This document shows, piece after piece, positions 8,008 to 15,399 of a stretch of DNA of 64,000 bases. The position numbers and the translations under genes were made by a program. The DNA comes from Candidatus Poriferisocius sp. (GTDB taxonomy: Bacteria; Actinomycetota; Acidimicrobiia; Acidimicrobiales; Bin134). Below the pieces are notes generated by a model. That model did not search any database. It was not told the DNA's origin and saw only the letters and a program-made list of their open reading frames with translations. Every line of letters begins with the position of its first letter. The first letter of the stretch is position 1. The stretch is taken from positions 1,426,782-1,490,781 of the forward strand of contig NZ_OZ242338.1 in the NCBI RefSeq assembly GCF_965208475.1. Direction: 5' to 3'.

Positions 8008-11000
8008 TCAGGGATTCCACAACCCCATCGAGCAGATGACGCTCGGCTCGGTTCCGACGCCGCTTCGGGGCGCGGGGAGGCAGAGCCGGCCGTCTCGGTG
8101 GAGATCGATCACCAGCGCGGCCAAATCCTCGGGCGTCCGATTGCGGATGGCGTTGGACAGCTTCTGCTTCACCGCTTCATAGAGGGGCCGCTCGTTGATC
8201 GCATCGAGAACGGCGTCAAGCTCATCGGGGTCGACGAACAGGCTCGGGGCAATCGTTGCACGATGGTCGTTCAGCTTCCGCCAGCACTTCTCCCTCACGC
8301 CCAACAGCGCGCCCGTGGCTCTGTTCGGGGGTGCCCGCAGCGGGCCGTCGAGTGCAATCGCCACCATGTCGTGGTGATCTTCCATGCAGGCGGCCGGAAG
8401 CGTTTCGGGCTCGCAGCGGGACAGGTGCAGTGCCTCCTGTGGAGTGATGCGCCGGGATTCGCCATCGGTTGTGGTGAAGGCGAAGGCGTCTGCCCCGGTC
8501 GCCGATTGGGAGTGCACCACCACCCCTTCGGCAGTCCCACCGGTCTGGGCTTGCATGGCGGCGTACACCACGTTGGGCAGCGACTCAACCCGCTTGGCGA
8601 TCCTGGGATGGCTGTCGGCCGCCTGCCGCCAGATCTCATAGGCCATAGACACCGGATCGACGTCCTCGCCGCCGTCGGCGAATCGGAAGTCGGAGTGCTC
8701 GTCGTAGAGCCCGGAAATGACCGCCCGCTCCGTATCGTCACCGAAGAACTTCTCATCAGAGCCCAGCAGTTCGGCGTTTTCCTCCAGCCGCCCGCGAATG
8801 CGGTCCCGGAGGTTGATCTCCTCGTCCACCGACCCAGCGGGCATCAGCGAATAGACCAGCACCACTTCGGCTCGTTGTCCGATGCGGTCCACCCGACCGG
8901 CCCGCTGCACCAATCGCACAATGGCCCAGGGAAGGTCGTAGTTCACCACGATGCGGGCGTCTTGAAGGTTCTGGCCCTCCGAGAGCACGTCGGTTGATAT
9001 CAGCACCCGCAACTCGGGCTGGTCTCGACCTGCGGTGACGCCCTGGTTGGCCCTGGGCGAGAAACGGCGGGCCAGCGCGGTGGGGTTCTCCGAGTCCCCG
9101 GTGACCGCGGCCACCCCTTCGATGCCGCGACGGATCAATTCCTCGGCCACGTAATCCGCAGTGTCTGCCGCCTCCGTGAACACCAGCGCCTTCTCACCGG
9201 GGTGGCGCCGGGTGATCAACTCCACCAGCGAGGCGATCTTGCCGTCGTTGTCGGCATCCCAGGTGCCAAAGTGGCTGAGAAGCGACCGTATCGCGTCGGT
9301 GTCGGAGCGCAACGCCTCGCCAAACTCCTCTGCGAAGAGCTGAGGCCGCATCCACCGGATCCGACCGGGCCTGGCCTGGGCCAGCTTTTGGTAGGCCCTA
9401 GCTGGAACCGACAGGTCGGGCATTTCGTCGACATTGAACAGCCCCTCTTCGAACAGGTCGCCCTCCTGGGCGTCGAACTCGGCCGACCACAGGGCGTTGT
9501 CCACCGACCCCACCGGCAGCAGCAAGCGGTGGTCGATGGCGTGGATAGCGACGAGGTTTCGCAGCGCGTGGCGGCGAAGCGTGGCCAGAAACGCCGGCCC
9601 CGAAGAGGTGAGGCGCTTGAACATCATGATCCGGTTGAACCCGCTGAGGTTCCCGTTGGCGGAGTTGCGGAGATCGTCGATCACTTCCTGTTCGTCCTCG
9701 GTCGGCGCCACTCGGGGATCGAGATATCGGGCCAGGTTGTAGCGGGGCAACAGCAACTCGGCTATCGCGTCGATGGTGCGCTGGTCCATCATGGCCGCGG
9801 CCGGATCGCTGGGCACCACCTCCCGCTCGAGCGGCACCGCCTCTCTTTCGGGGAAATGGAAGGGCCGCCCGTCGCCAAAACTGAGGTGGGGACGGCCGTT
9901 CTCGTCCTCGTAGGCGTAGTTGTCCTGAATGAATCGACGTGTGCGCCGCACCAGGAACTGCGACATCAGGTCCTGCCAGTCTTCGAGGTGCTCTGATGCC
10001 TGAAATGCGGCCAGCGACGAGGTGCGGCCTTCGCACATCGCGGCGAACTCTGCCTCGCCGTGTTCGGCGACAGCCCGCTCGGGGCGTATGCCCAGGTCGT
10101 CGTCGGGTCTTGCAAACAGCGCGATCTGAGCGGCCACATCGGCGAACCCCTTGTTGTAGGGGGTGGCGGTGAGCAGCAGCACTTTGGAATCGTTCTCGGT
10201 GATGTAGTCGTGAAGGGCCTGGTAGTCCTGACGCTTGGGATTGCGCAGATTGTGTGACTCATCGATGAGCACCAGCCGGTGCCGCCGCATGTCGGGCAGT
10301 TCTCGGGTGACCATCGACAGCGAGAGCACCCGACCGTGAATCTGAAACTCGTGCTGATACGACTCCCACATGCCCACCAGGTTCTTCGGGCACACGACAA
10401 GCGTCTCGAACCCGTTCTCCTCCTGAAGGAGTCGGGCGATAGCCGTGCCCACCATCGTCTTGCCGAGCCCGACCACGTCGCCCACCATCGCCCCGCCCCG
10501 CTGGTTCACGATCCGGGCCGCGATCTTCACCGCCGCAGCCTGGAACTCCAGGAGCCTCTCGGCCATCGAGGCTGGCAGCCCGTACTGGATGAGCCCCTCA
10601 CGGGCCTCATGCGACAGGTGATAGGCCATCTTGAGGTACACCAGGTAAGGATCGAGCGGCGTCTCCGATGCCCATGACTCATCCAGCAGCTCAATCAACT
10701 CAATGTTCGCCGGCACCGAGAACTGGTCGACCCAGCGGTCCTCGAACCAGGCGGCAAGCTTGGCGGTGGCATCGGTGTCGAGCACGTCGACGTTCAGCTC
10801 GCCCTGCTCCCAAAGCCCGGCCCTGGTGAGGTTGGACGACCCGACATAGCCCACCCTGGGCGCCGCGGTGTCGTCGCGGTGGCACAGATAGAGCTTGGCG
10901 TGGAGGCGGTGAGCCAGGAATAGCCGCACCTCCACATCGCCTTCAGCCATCTGCCGACGCAACTTCCGCAGCGCCTTCTCGTCTTCGACCGTGGGGAGGC

Positions 11001-11400
11001 CGACCTGGAGTTGGGCTCGAAGCTCCTTTACCGCCTCATGGCGATGCTGTTCAGCCACCTCATTGGTCACCGGCTGCTCACCCCGCAGCCTCATCAAGCG
11101 ACGCATCTCTTCGTGGGGGGTCTCCGTCATGCCCACCAGCAGGCGAACCTTGGGCCTATTACCACCACGCTCCGGCAGGGCATCTACCCCATCGGCAATG
11201 AGCCGCCAGCCCCGAAGGTTGAAATACCCCACCGCCGCGTCCACCGAGTGCGACGACGCCAGCGACTTGAGCATCACCTCCTCAAGCGAAGTGTCGATGT
11301 TGTCGAGGATGAGAGGCACCAGGACTACTCCCTGTTCCCAAACGTCATCCGGTCTCGCAGATTGCCCGCCGCCTCGTACTGCTCCCTCGTCAACCCCCAA
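8008..11400 (-). CDS. PLD-family (single HKD) nuclease domain fused to SNF2-family helicase
   Basis: - HKD motif: 'HAKLYLCH...VGYVGSSNLTRAGL'.
- SNF2 motifs: 'VVGLGKTMVG', 'LIDESHNLRN', 'LLLTATPYNK', 'DVLSEGQNLQD', 'QRAGRVDRIGQ'.
- About 330 aa of C-terminal region with no motif I recognise.
- Alternative start at GTG 11319 (MPLILDNID...), 9 nt after a GGGAG and just past the methyltransferase stop. Confidence 0.85.
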   Translation of the reverse strand: MGVDEGAVRGGGQSARPDDVWEQGVVLVPLILDNIDTSLEEVMLKSLASSHSVDAAVGYFNLRGWRLIADGVDALPERGGNRPKVRLLVGMTETPHEEMRRLMRLRGEQPVTNEVAEQHRHEAVKELRAQLQVGLPTVEDEKALRKLRRQMAEGDVEVRLFLAHRLHAKLYLCHRDDTAAPRVGYVGSSNLTRAGLWEQGELNVDVLDTDATAKLAAWFEDRWVDQFSVPANIELIELLDESWASETPLDPYLVYLKMAYHLSHEAREGLIQYGLPASMAERLLEFQAAAVKIAARIVNQRGGAMVGDVVGLGKTMVGTAIARLLQEENGFETLVVCPKNLVGMWESYQHEFQIHGRVLSLSMVTRELPDMRRHRLVLIDESHNLRNPKRQDYQALHDYITENDSKVLLLTATPYNKGFADVAAQIALFARPDDDLGIRPERAVAEHGEAEFAAMCEGRTSSLAAFQASEHLEDWQDLMSQFLVRRTRRFIQDNYAYEDENGRPHLSFGDGRPFHFPEREAVPLEREVVPSDPAAAMMDQRTIDAIAELLLPRYNLARYLDPRVAPTEDEQEVIDDLRNSANGNLSGFNRIMMFKRLTSSGPAFLATLRRHALRNLVAIHAIDHRLLLPVGSVDNALWSAEFDAQEGDLFEEGLFNVDEMPDLSVPARAYQKLAQARPGRIRWMRPQLFAEEFGEALRSDTDAIRSLLSHFGTWDADNDGKIASLVELITRRHPGEKALVFTEAADTADYVAEELIRRGIEGVAAVTGDSENPTALARRFSPRANQGVTAGRDQPELRVLISTDVLSEGQNLQDARIVVNYDLPWAIVRLVQRAGRVDRIGQRAEVVLVYSLMPAGSVDEEINLRDRIRGRLEENAELLGSDEKFFGDDTERAVISGLYDEHSDFRFADGGEDVDPVSMAYEIWRQAADSHPRIAKRVESLPNVVYAAMQAQTGGTAEGVVVHSQSATGADAFAFTTTDGESRRITPQEALHLSRCEPETLPAACMEDHHDMVAIALDGPLRAPPNRATGALLGVREKCWRKLNDHRATIAPSLFVDPDELDAVLDAINERPLYEAVKQKLSNAIRNRTPEDLAALVIDLHRDGRLCLPAPRSGVGTEPSVICSMGLWNP

Positions 11401-12989
11401 GCCTGCGCCAACAACCAGTCCGCCTCATCGGTGATGTGGCGCAGCTTCCACATCATGTATCTGCCCACCAGCATTCTTGCGTTTCCACTGCCTCTTAGGT
11501 TGAACTCCACATACTTCACCATTTCGTCTTGAAGCTCCCTGGACAACCCCAACATACGCTGAACTAAACTCACGAGTTCCATGTCACACGGAGGGTGGTG
11601 AGACGCTGCTAAGCGTTCAATGTCACACGGAAGTGCGGATAGCACGCTCCGTGTGACATGGAACTCGTCTCCGAACATCAGCCACCACAAGTACCCCCAT
11701 CGACCGGCCAGGCAAAGCAAGGCCAAGTCTCGAGAACGCTCATTCTGGAAATTGAACCACGAGGGCTGACTTGAGTTTGTGGTTACAGGTCGCCTGGATA
11801 TGGGATCGACTACTGGGGGTTCCGTGACAAATGCTCCCAATGTTTGAACAGCAGCGACCTTCTTGACACCCAAATCAAATAGCTGGCCACTCTTGTTGTT
11901 AACGCTTACAAGTGGAGCACACATCTCTGCAAGTGATGTAAAGGCATCGACTACATCTCCATCATCTATAAACGGCCACTTGGTTGCGTCTCCACAATTG
12001 AAAAGTACTCGTGAAGGATTGCCGTATTCAATCGAAGAGAACAAATATGGGCGGCTAGGAGTCAACCAGCGGTGACACCTTGTCGTGTATATCCTACGTT
12101 TACCTCCTTTGCCAGATATAACTATACTATTTCTCACCTTGGCAGAACCAGAAAATAAACTATCTGAAGCTCTGCTGTAAGAGGACAGCCACAAAGTAGA
12201 GAACTGTACACTTAGGTTATTCCGCAACAACTCAAAATCGTTGCTGTAACACAGCGAGTGCATTACGATCATCGCAAATCGTCCTTTGTCGTTCAACAAG
12301 GTAGATGCGCGCTCGGCACAGACGGCGTAGATGTCTGGACAATTACCGGTCTCATACCCAATCCACTTGTAGTCGAACTGACTGCGTTTCTTGCCTTTGA
12401 GTCCGATGTAGGGCGGGTTGCCGATGATCGCGTCGAAGCCGCCGTTTCTCCAGACGGTGGGGAACTCGGCGAACCAATGGAAGGGCTTGTGGGTTTCCTT
12501 CCAGGTTTCGAGCGGGGCTGCATCGCCTCGCATCTTGTGGAGACCTCGGTCGGCTTGGTCGGCTACCTGACCGATGCGGGTTCTGAGGAGGCCTTTGGCC
12601 CGTTGCAGAGCCGCTAGATCGTCGGTTGAATCTTGAATCGCTACGAACTCCTCGTAGGCCACCGCCGCCGACTCCACGGCGTCCTCCACCTCAGCGATCC
12701 CGAAGGGCAGCACTCCCCTGTCTGAGAACCGCCGCTCGATATCTTCAGCGTCGGCGATTCCTACAAGGAGGTTGCCGGACTTGATGTTGAAGTCCAGGTC
12801 GGGGAGCGGCTCGATGTGGGAGGCGTTGTCGAGTTGGGCGGCCAACTTCAGAAACAGCCGCAGCTTGGCGATCTCGGCTGCCTCGGCCATGAGGTCGACG
12901 CCGTAGAGGTTGTTCAGGCAGAGAGTCTTAAGCAGCCAGTAGCGCGTGCTGGTGTGGGCCCGGGCCTCTCGGAGAAATGGGGCTTCCAC
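11325..12989 (-). CDS. C-terminal fragment of Eco57I/PglX-like N6-adenine DNA methyltransferase (motif IV + putative target-recognition domain)
   Basis: 'NLYGVDLMAEAAEIAKLRLFLKL' and 'FDAIIGNPPYIGLKGKK' (NPPY motif IV). Its frame joins the upstream fragment if the G tract at 12991-13001 changes by +1 or -2. Confidence 0.8.
   Translation of the reverse strand: MEAPFLREARAHTSTRYWLLKTLCLNNLYGVDLMAEAAEIAKLRLFLKLAAQLDNASHIEPLPDLDFNIKSGNLLVGIADAEDIERRFSDRGVLPFGIAEVEDAVESAAVAYEEFVAIQDSTDDLAALQRAKGLLRTRIGQVADQADRGLHKMRGDAAPLETWKETHKPFHWFAEFPTVWRNGGFDAIIGNPPYIGLKGKKRSQFDYKWIGYETGNCPDIYAVCAERASTLLNDKGRFAMIVMHSLCYSNDFELLRNNLSVQFSTLWLSSYSRASDSLFSGSAKVRNSIVISGKGGKRRIYTTRCHRWLTPSRPYLFSSIEYGNPSRVLFNCGDATKWPFIDDGDVVDAFTSLAEMCAPLVSVNNKSGQLFDLGVKKVAAVQTLGAFVTEPPVVDPISRRPVTTNSSQPSWFNFQNERSRDLALLCLAGRWGYLWWLMFGDEFHVTRSVLSALPCDIERLAASHHPPCDMELVSLVQRMLGLSRELQDEMVKYVEFNLRGSGNARMLVGRYMMWKLRHITDEADWLLAQAWGLTREQYEAAGNLRDRMTFGNRE
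11572..11668. repeat. 22-bp perfect inverted repeat (53-nt spacer) inside the methyltransferase 3' half
   Basis: acgagttccatgtcacacggag (11572-11593) is the reverse complement of 11647-11668. A third partial copy, caatgtcacacggaag, lies in the spacer. Confidence 0.9.
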
Positions 12990-14566
12990 ACCCCCCCCCC
13001 CGCGGCAATCTCTTCGGCGCGATTCAACACCGCTGTGTACAGGGGGTCGAGCACGTCATGGGCGGCCAGCAGGAACGCTCCCGATCCCACTGTGGGATCG
13101 CAAACCGTCAGAGAGCGGAGCACCTCGAACGCTCGCTGGCACTCGTCGGCAGAGTTGAGCGTGTAATAGAGGTAGTCGGCCAGCAGCGCGGCAAGATCCA
13201 GGTTCTGCGTGACAGCGTCGTTGATGTCGGCTACGCCTCCAGAATCCACCAGCTCTTTCTGCTCGGCGTATCGCTTGCGGCGATGGCTCACGTCGCACCA
13301 CCGCTCGCCGGGCAAGGTGATGTCCAGCCCCCCGTCAGGAAACTCGCTGGGCGGCAGATCGCCCTCAGGCAAGGGCACATCGATTCCGTAACCCATAGCG
13401 TCGTGCAAGTAGTCGTCGCCGCTGCTGGACAACAGCTCGCACGGACTCTCGAGGCCGGCATCCACCAGCCTGTCGGCAATAGCCGGAATGATGGCCGAGG
13501 TGGCCATGTAACCGGTTACGTCTGGTTTGGTGTAATACGCCCCTTGCTGCTTCTTGTTCACATACTGCTCGAAGATGAATCCCAAGATGTCGGGGTTGAT
13601 CTCCTTGGCATCGCCAGTGGGCCGCTCGTCGAGATGCCAGCGCCACTGGTCGAAGAAGTCGAACAGCTTCTCGAAAGCCGTGTCGGGAATCTCGATGCAG
13701 TAAGCGCCTTCCAGCGCGTGGGGCTCGAAGATGCCACCGTTCACATAGGGCACATCGCCAATGATCTGCTCGATCGCCGCATCGTCGTAGCGGCGGGCCG
13801 CAGGCGGGCTTCCCAACCCCTCGTGGAACAGCGGCAGCAGGAACTGGCGGAAGAATGCGTAGAACCGGTCGTCCCCGAGGCGCTCTCGCACCATTCCCAG
13901 CCGCTTGCGGAGGTAGTGGGTGTCGCCGGCCACGAAGCCCTTGCGCTGGATGAAGTACACGAACATGAGACGGTTCATCAGCACCGACGCATACCAGCGC
14001 TGGTCGTCTGGCCTGGGAATGCCCTCGATATGCTCGGCCAGTCGCTCATGATGGTCTTTGAACTCCCGGAAGAACGACTTGGTGACCTTCTCCACGTTGA
14101 ACGACCGCCGCACCCGTTCGAGCACCCTTACTGCGGTCAGCTCCGGCTGCTCAGCCATGGTGAAACAAACATCGCGCAGGCGTTGCAGCAGAGCATCGTT
14201 GCCGTGGTGCGGGCGATAGTGGTGATCCACGAGCCGATGCCCCACCCCGGAAGGACGCTGCTCCGGCCACAGCCAAAGCTGCTCCCCCGGTGAGGCGAAC
14301 ACCACGAGCTGGTCACGCGACAAACGCTTCGCCGCCTTCACGATCTTATGCTGCACCGACCGAAGCGGAATCTCGCTGCACCCCACCGACCAAACCGTCA
14401 CGCCCCGCTTGTCGGCCACTGCCTCTGCGTCCCAAACCGATTCCTCGGCCTCAACGGCGACAGCCAAGCCATGAATGGGGTTGTCCCAACCAAGCCGCCG
14501 GAACAAACCGCCGAAATCATCGGCGTCCATATATTCCTGCATCTCCTGGTCGGATGGCCCAGGCAT
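12914..14566 (-). CDS. N-terminal fragment of the same N6-adenine DNA methyltransferase (N-terminal domain, motif X, motif I)
   Basis: 'QQGAYYTKPDVTGYM' (motif X) and 'LTVCDPTVGSGAFLLAAHD' (SAM motif I). 'YASVLMNRLMFVYFIQRKGF' is the helix typical of Type IIG/PglX-like N-terminal regions. It terminates about 25 codons after the G tract. Confidence 0.8.
   Translation of the reverse strand: MPGPSDQEMQEYMDADDFGGLFRRLGWDNPIHGLAVAVEAEESVWDAEAVADKRGVTVWSVGCSEIPLRSVQHKIVKAAKRLSRDQLVVFASPGEQLWLWPEQRPSGVGHRLVDHHYRPHHGNDALLQRLRDVCFTMAEQPELTAVRVLERVRRSFNVEKVTKSFFREFKDHHERLAEHIEGIPRPDDQRWYASVLMNRLMFVYFIQRKGFVAGDTHYLRKRLGMVRERLGDDRFYAFFRQFLLPLFHEGLGSPPAARRYDDAAIEQIIGDVPYVNGGIFEPHALEGAYCIEIPDTAFEKLFDFFDQWRWHLDERPTGDAKEINPDILGFIFEQYVNKKQQGAYYTKPDVTGYMATSAIIPAIADRLVDAGLESPCELLSSSGDDYLHDAMGYGIDVPLPEGDLPPSEFPDGGLDITLPGERWCDVSHRRKRYAEQKELVDSGGVADINDAVTQNLDLAALLADYLYYTLNSADECQRAFEVLRSLTVCDPTVGSGAFLLAAHDVLDPLYTAVLNRAEEIAAGGGVWKPHFSERPGPTPARATGCLRLSA
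12991..13001 (-). repeat. Homopolymeric G11 (C11 on + strand) inside the methyltransferase catalytic domain
   Basis: Direct count gives c x11 at 12991-13001. It lies between motif I and motif IV. A length of 12 or 9 would give one roughly 1,080-aa ORF. Confidence 0.95.
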
Positions 14567-14707
14567 CCGAGCAAGCTAGGGCATATACCGCTCCCGAGCC
14601 AGCCCGCCCAATGAGTCGAGACGACAATAACGTCTTTGTGACCAATGTTGCTATTGTTTCATATTTTCTAAGTATTTCTCTGCTTTTACCAGATATTCAC
14701 AGGGTTA
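14567..14707. promoter_or_regulatory. AT-rich divergent intergenic region (probable promoters for the methyltransferase operon and the HNH gene)
   Basis: There is a sharp GC drop (…ttgctattgtttcatattttctaagtatttctctgcttttaccagatattcac…) between divergent genes. No specific -10/-35 boxes are assigned. Confidence 0.4.
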
Positions 14708-15322
14708 TTGTCACCGGTTGATGATATGCTTACAGCCATGAGGTTTGCCCCTGACCAGGCCGAACACACCGAGGCCCATAACTCCGCTGTAGACGGTTGC
14801 GGGGCTTCGGTGTGCATCAAGGGCTCGGCCAGAGGCATTGCCCTAGTGCTGGTGGCCGACTACGACGCCACCAGCCGGGAACTGGTCAACGCCCGCCTCG
14901 GCGACGGCACCCCGCTGCCGATGAAAGAACTCGTCCGGCTGGCCCTCAAAGCAGACATCTTCCCCGCGGTGTTCGACGCCAAGACTCAGAATCTGTGGCT
15001 CGGGCGCAGCAGGCGTACCGCCACCGACGCCCAGCGCATCGCCTTGATGGTACGCGACCAAGTCTGTATCGGCTGCGGCGGCGCCCCGAGCCGGTGTTTC
15101 GCCCATCATGTCAAGTTCTGGAAGAACAACGGGCCCACCGACTACCCCAACCTCGTCTTGGTCTGCAACGACTGCCACCACGAAATCCACGAACAAGGTT
15201 TCCAAGTCACGCAAGACCCCGGCACCGGCCGCTGGCAAACCCATCCCCCACCCGACCCATTCCCCGACACCGGCACAACAACTTGGCAACCCGTACACGC
15301 TGATTCCGTGCTGATGTGTTGA
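14708..15322 (+). CDS. HNH endonuclease domain protein, apparently N-terminally truncated (DUF222/13E12-type)
   Basis: 'RDQVCIGCGGAPSRCFAHHVKFWKNNGPTDYPNLVLVCNDCHHEIHEQG' HNH motif. Only about 110 aa precede it, whereas actinobacterial relatives normally carry a roughly 250-aa DUF222 region. Confidence 0.7.
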   Translation: MSPVDDMLTAMRFAPDQAEHTEAHNSAVDGCGASVCIKGSARGIALVLVADYDATSRELVNARLGDGTPLPMKELVRLALKADIFPAVFDAKTQNLWLGRSRRTATDAQRIALMVRDQVCIGCGGAPSRCFAHHVKFWKNNGPTDYPNLVLVCNDCHHEIHEQGFQVTQDPGTGRWQTHPPPDPFPDTGTTTWQPVHADSVLMC

Positions 15323-15399
15323 ATCCTCGAGCTTCCCCCTGAGGTTGCTCTCCCATTAGCAGAGACAAGCTTCGCAAATGCTCAAGTACACTGAACCCG

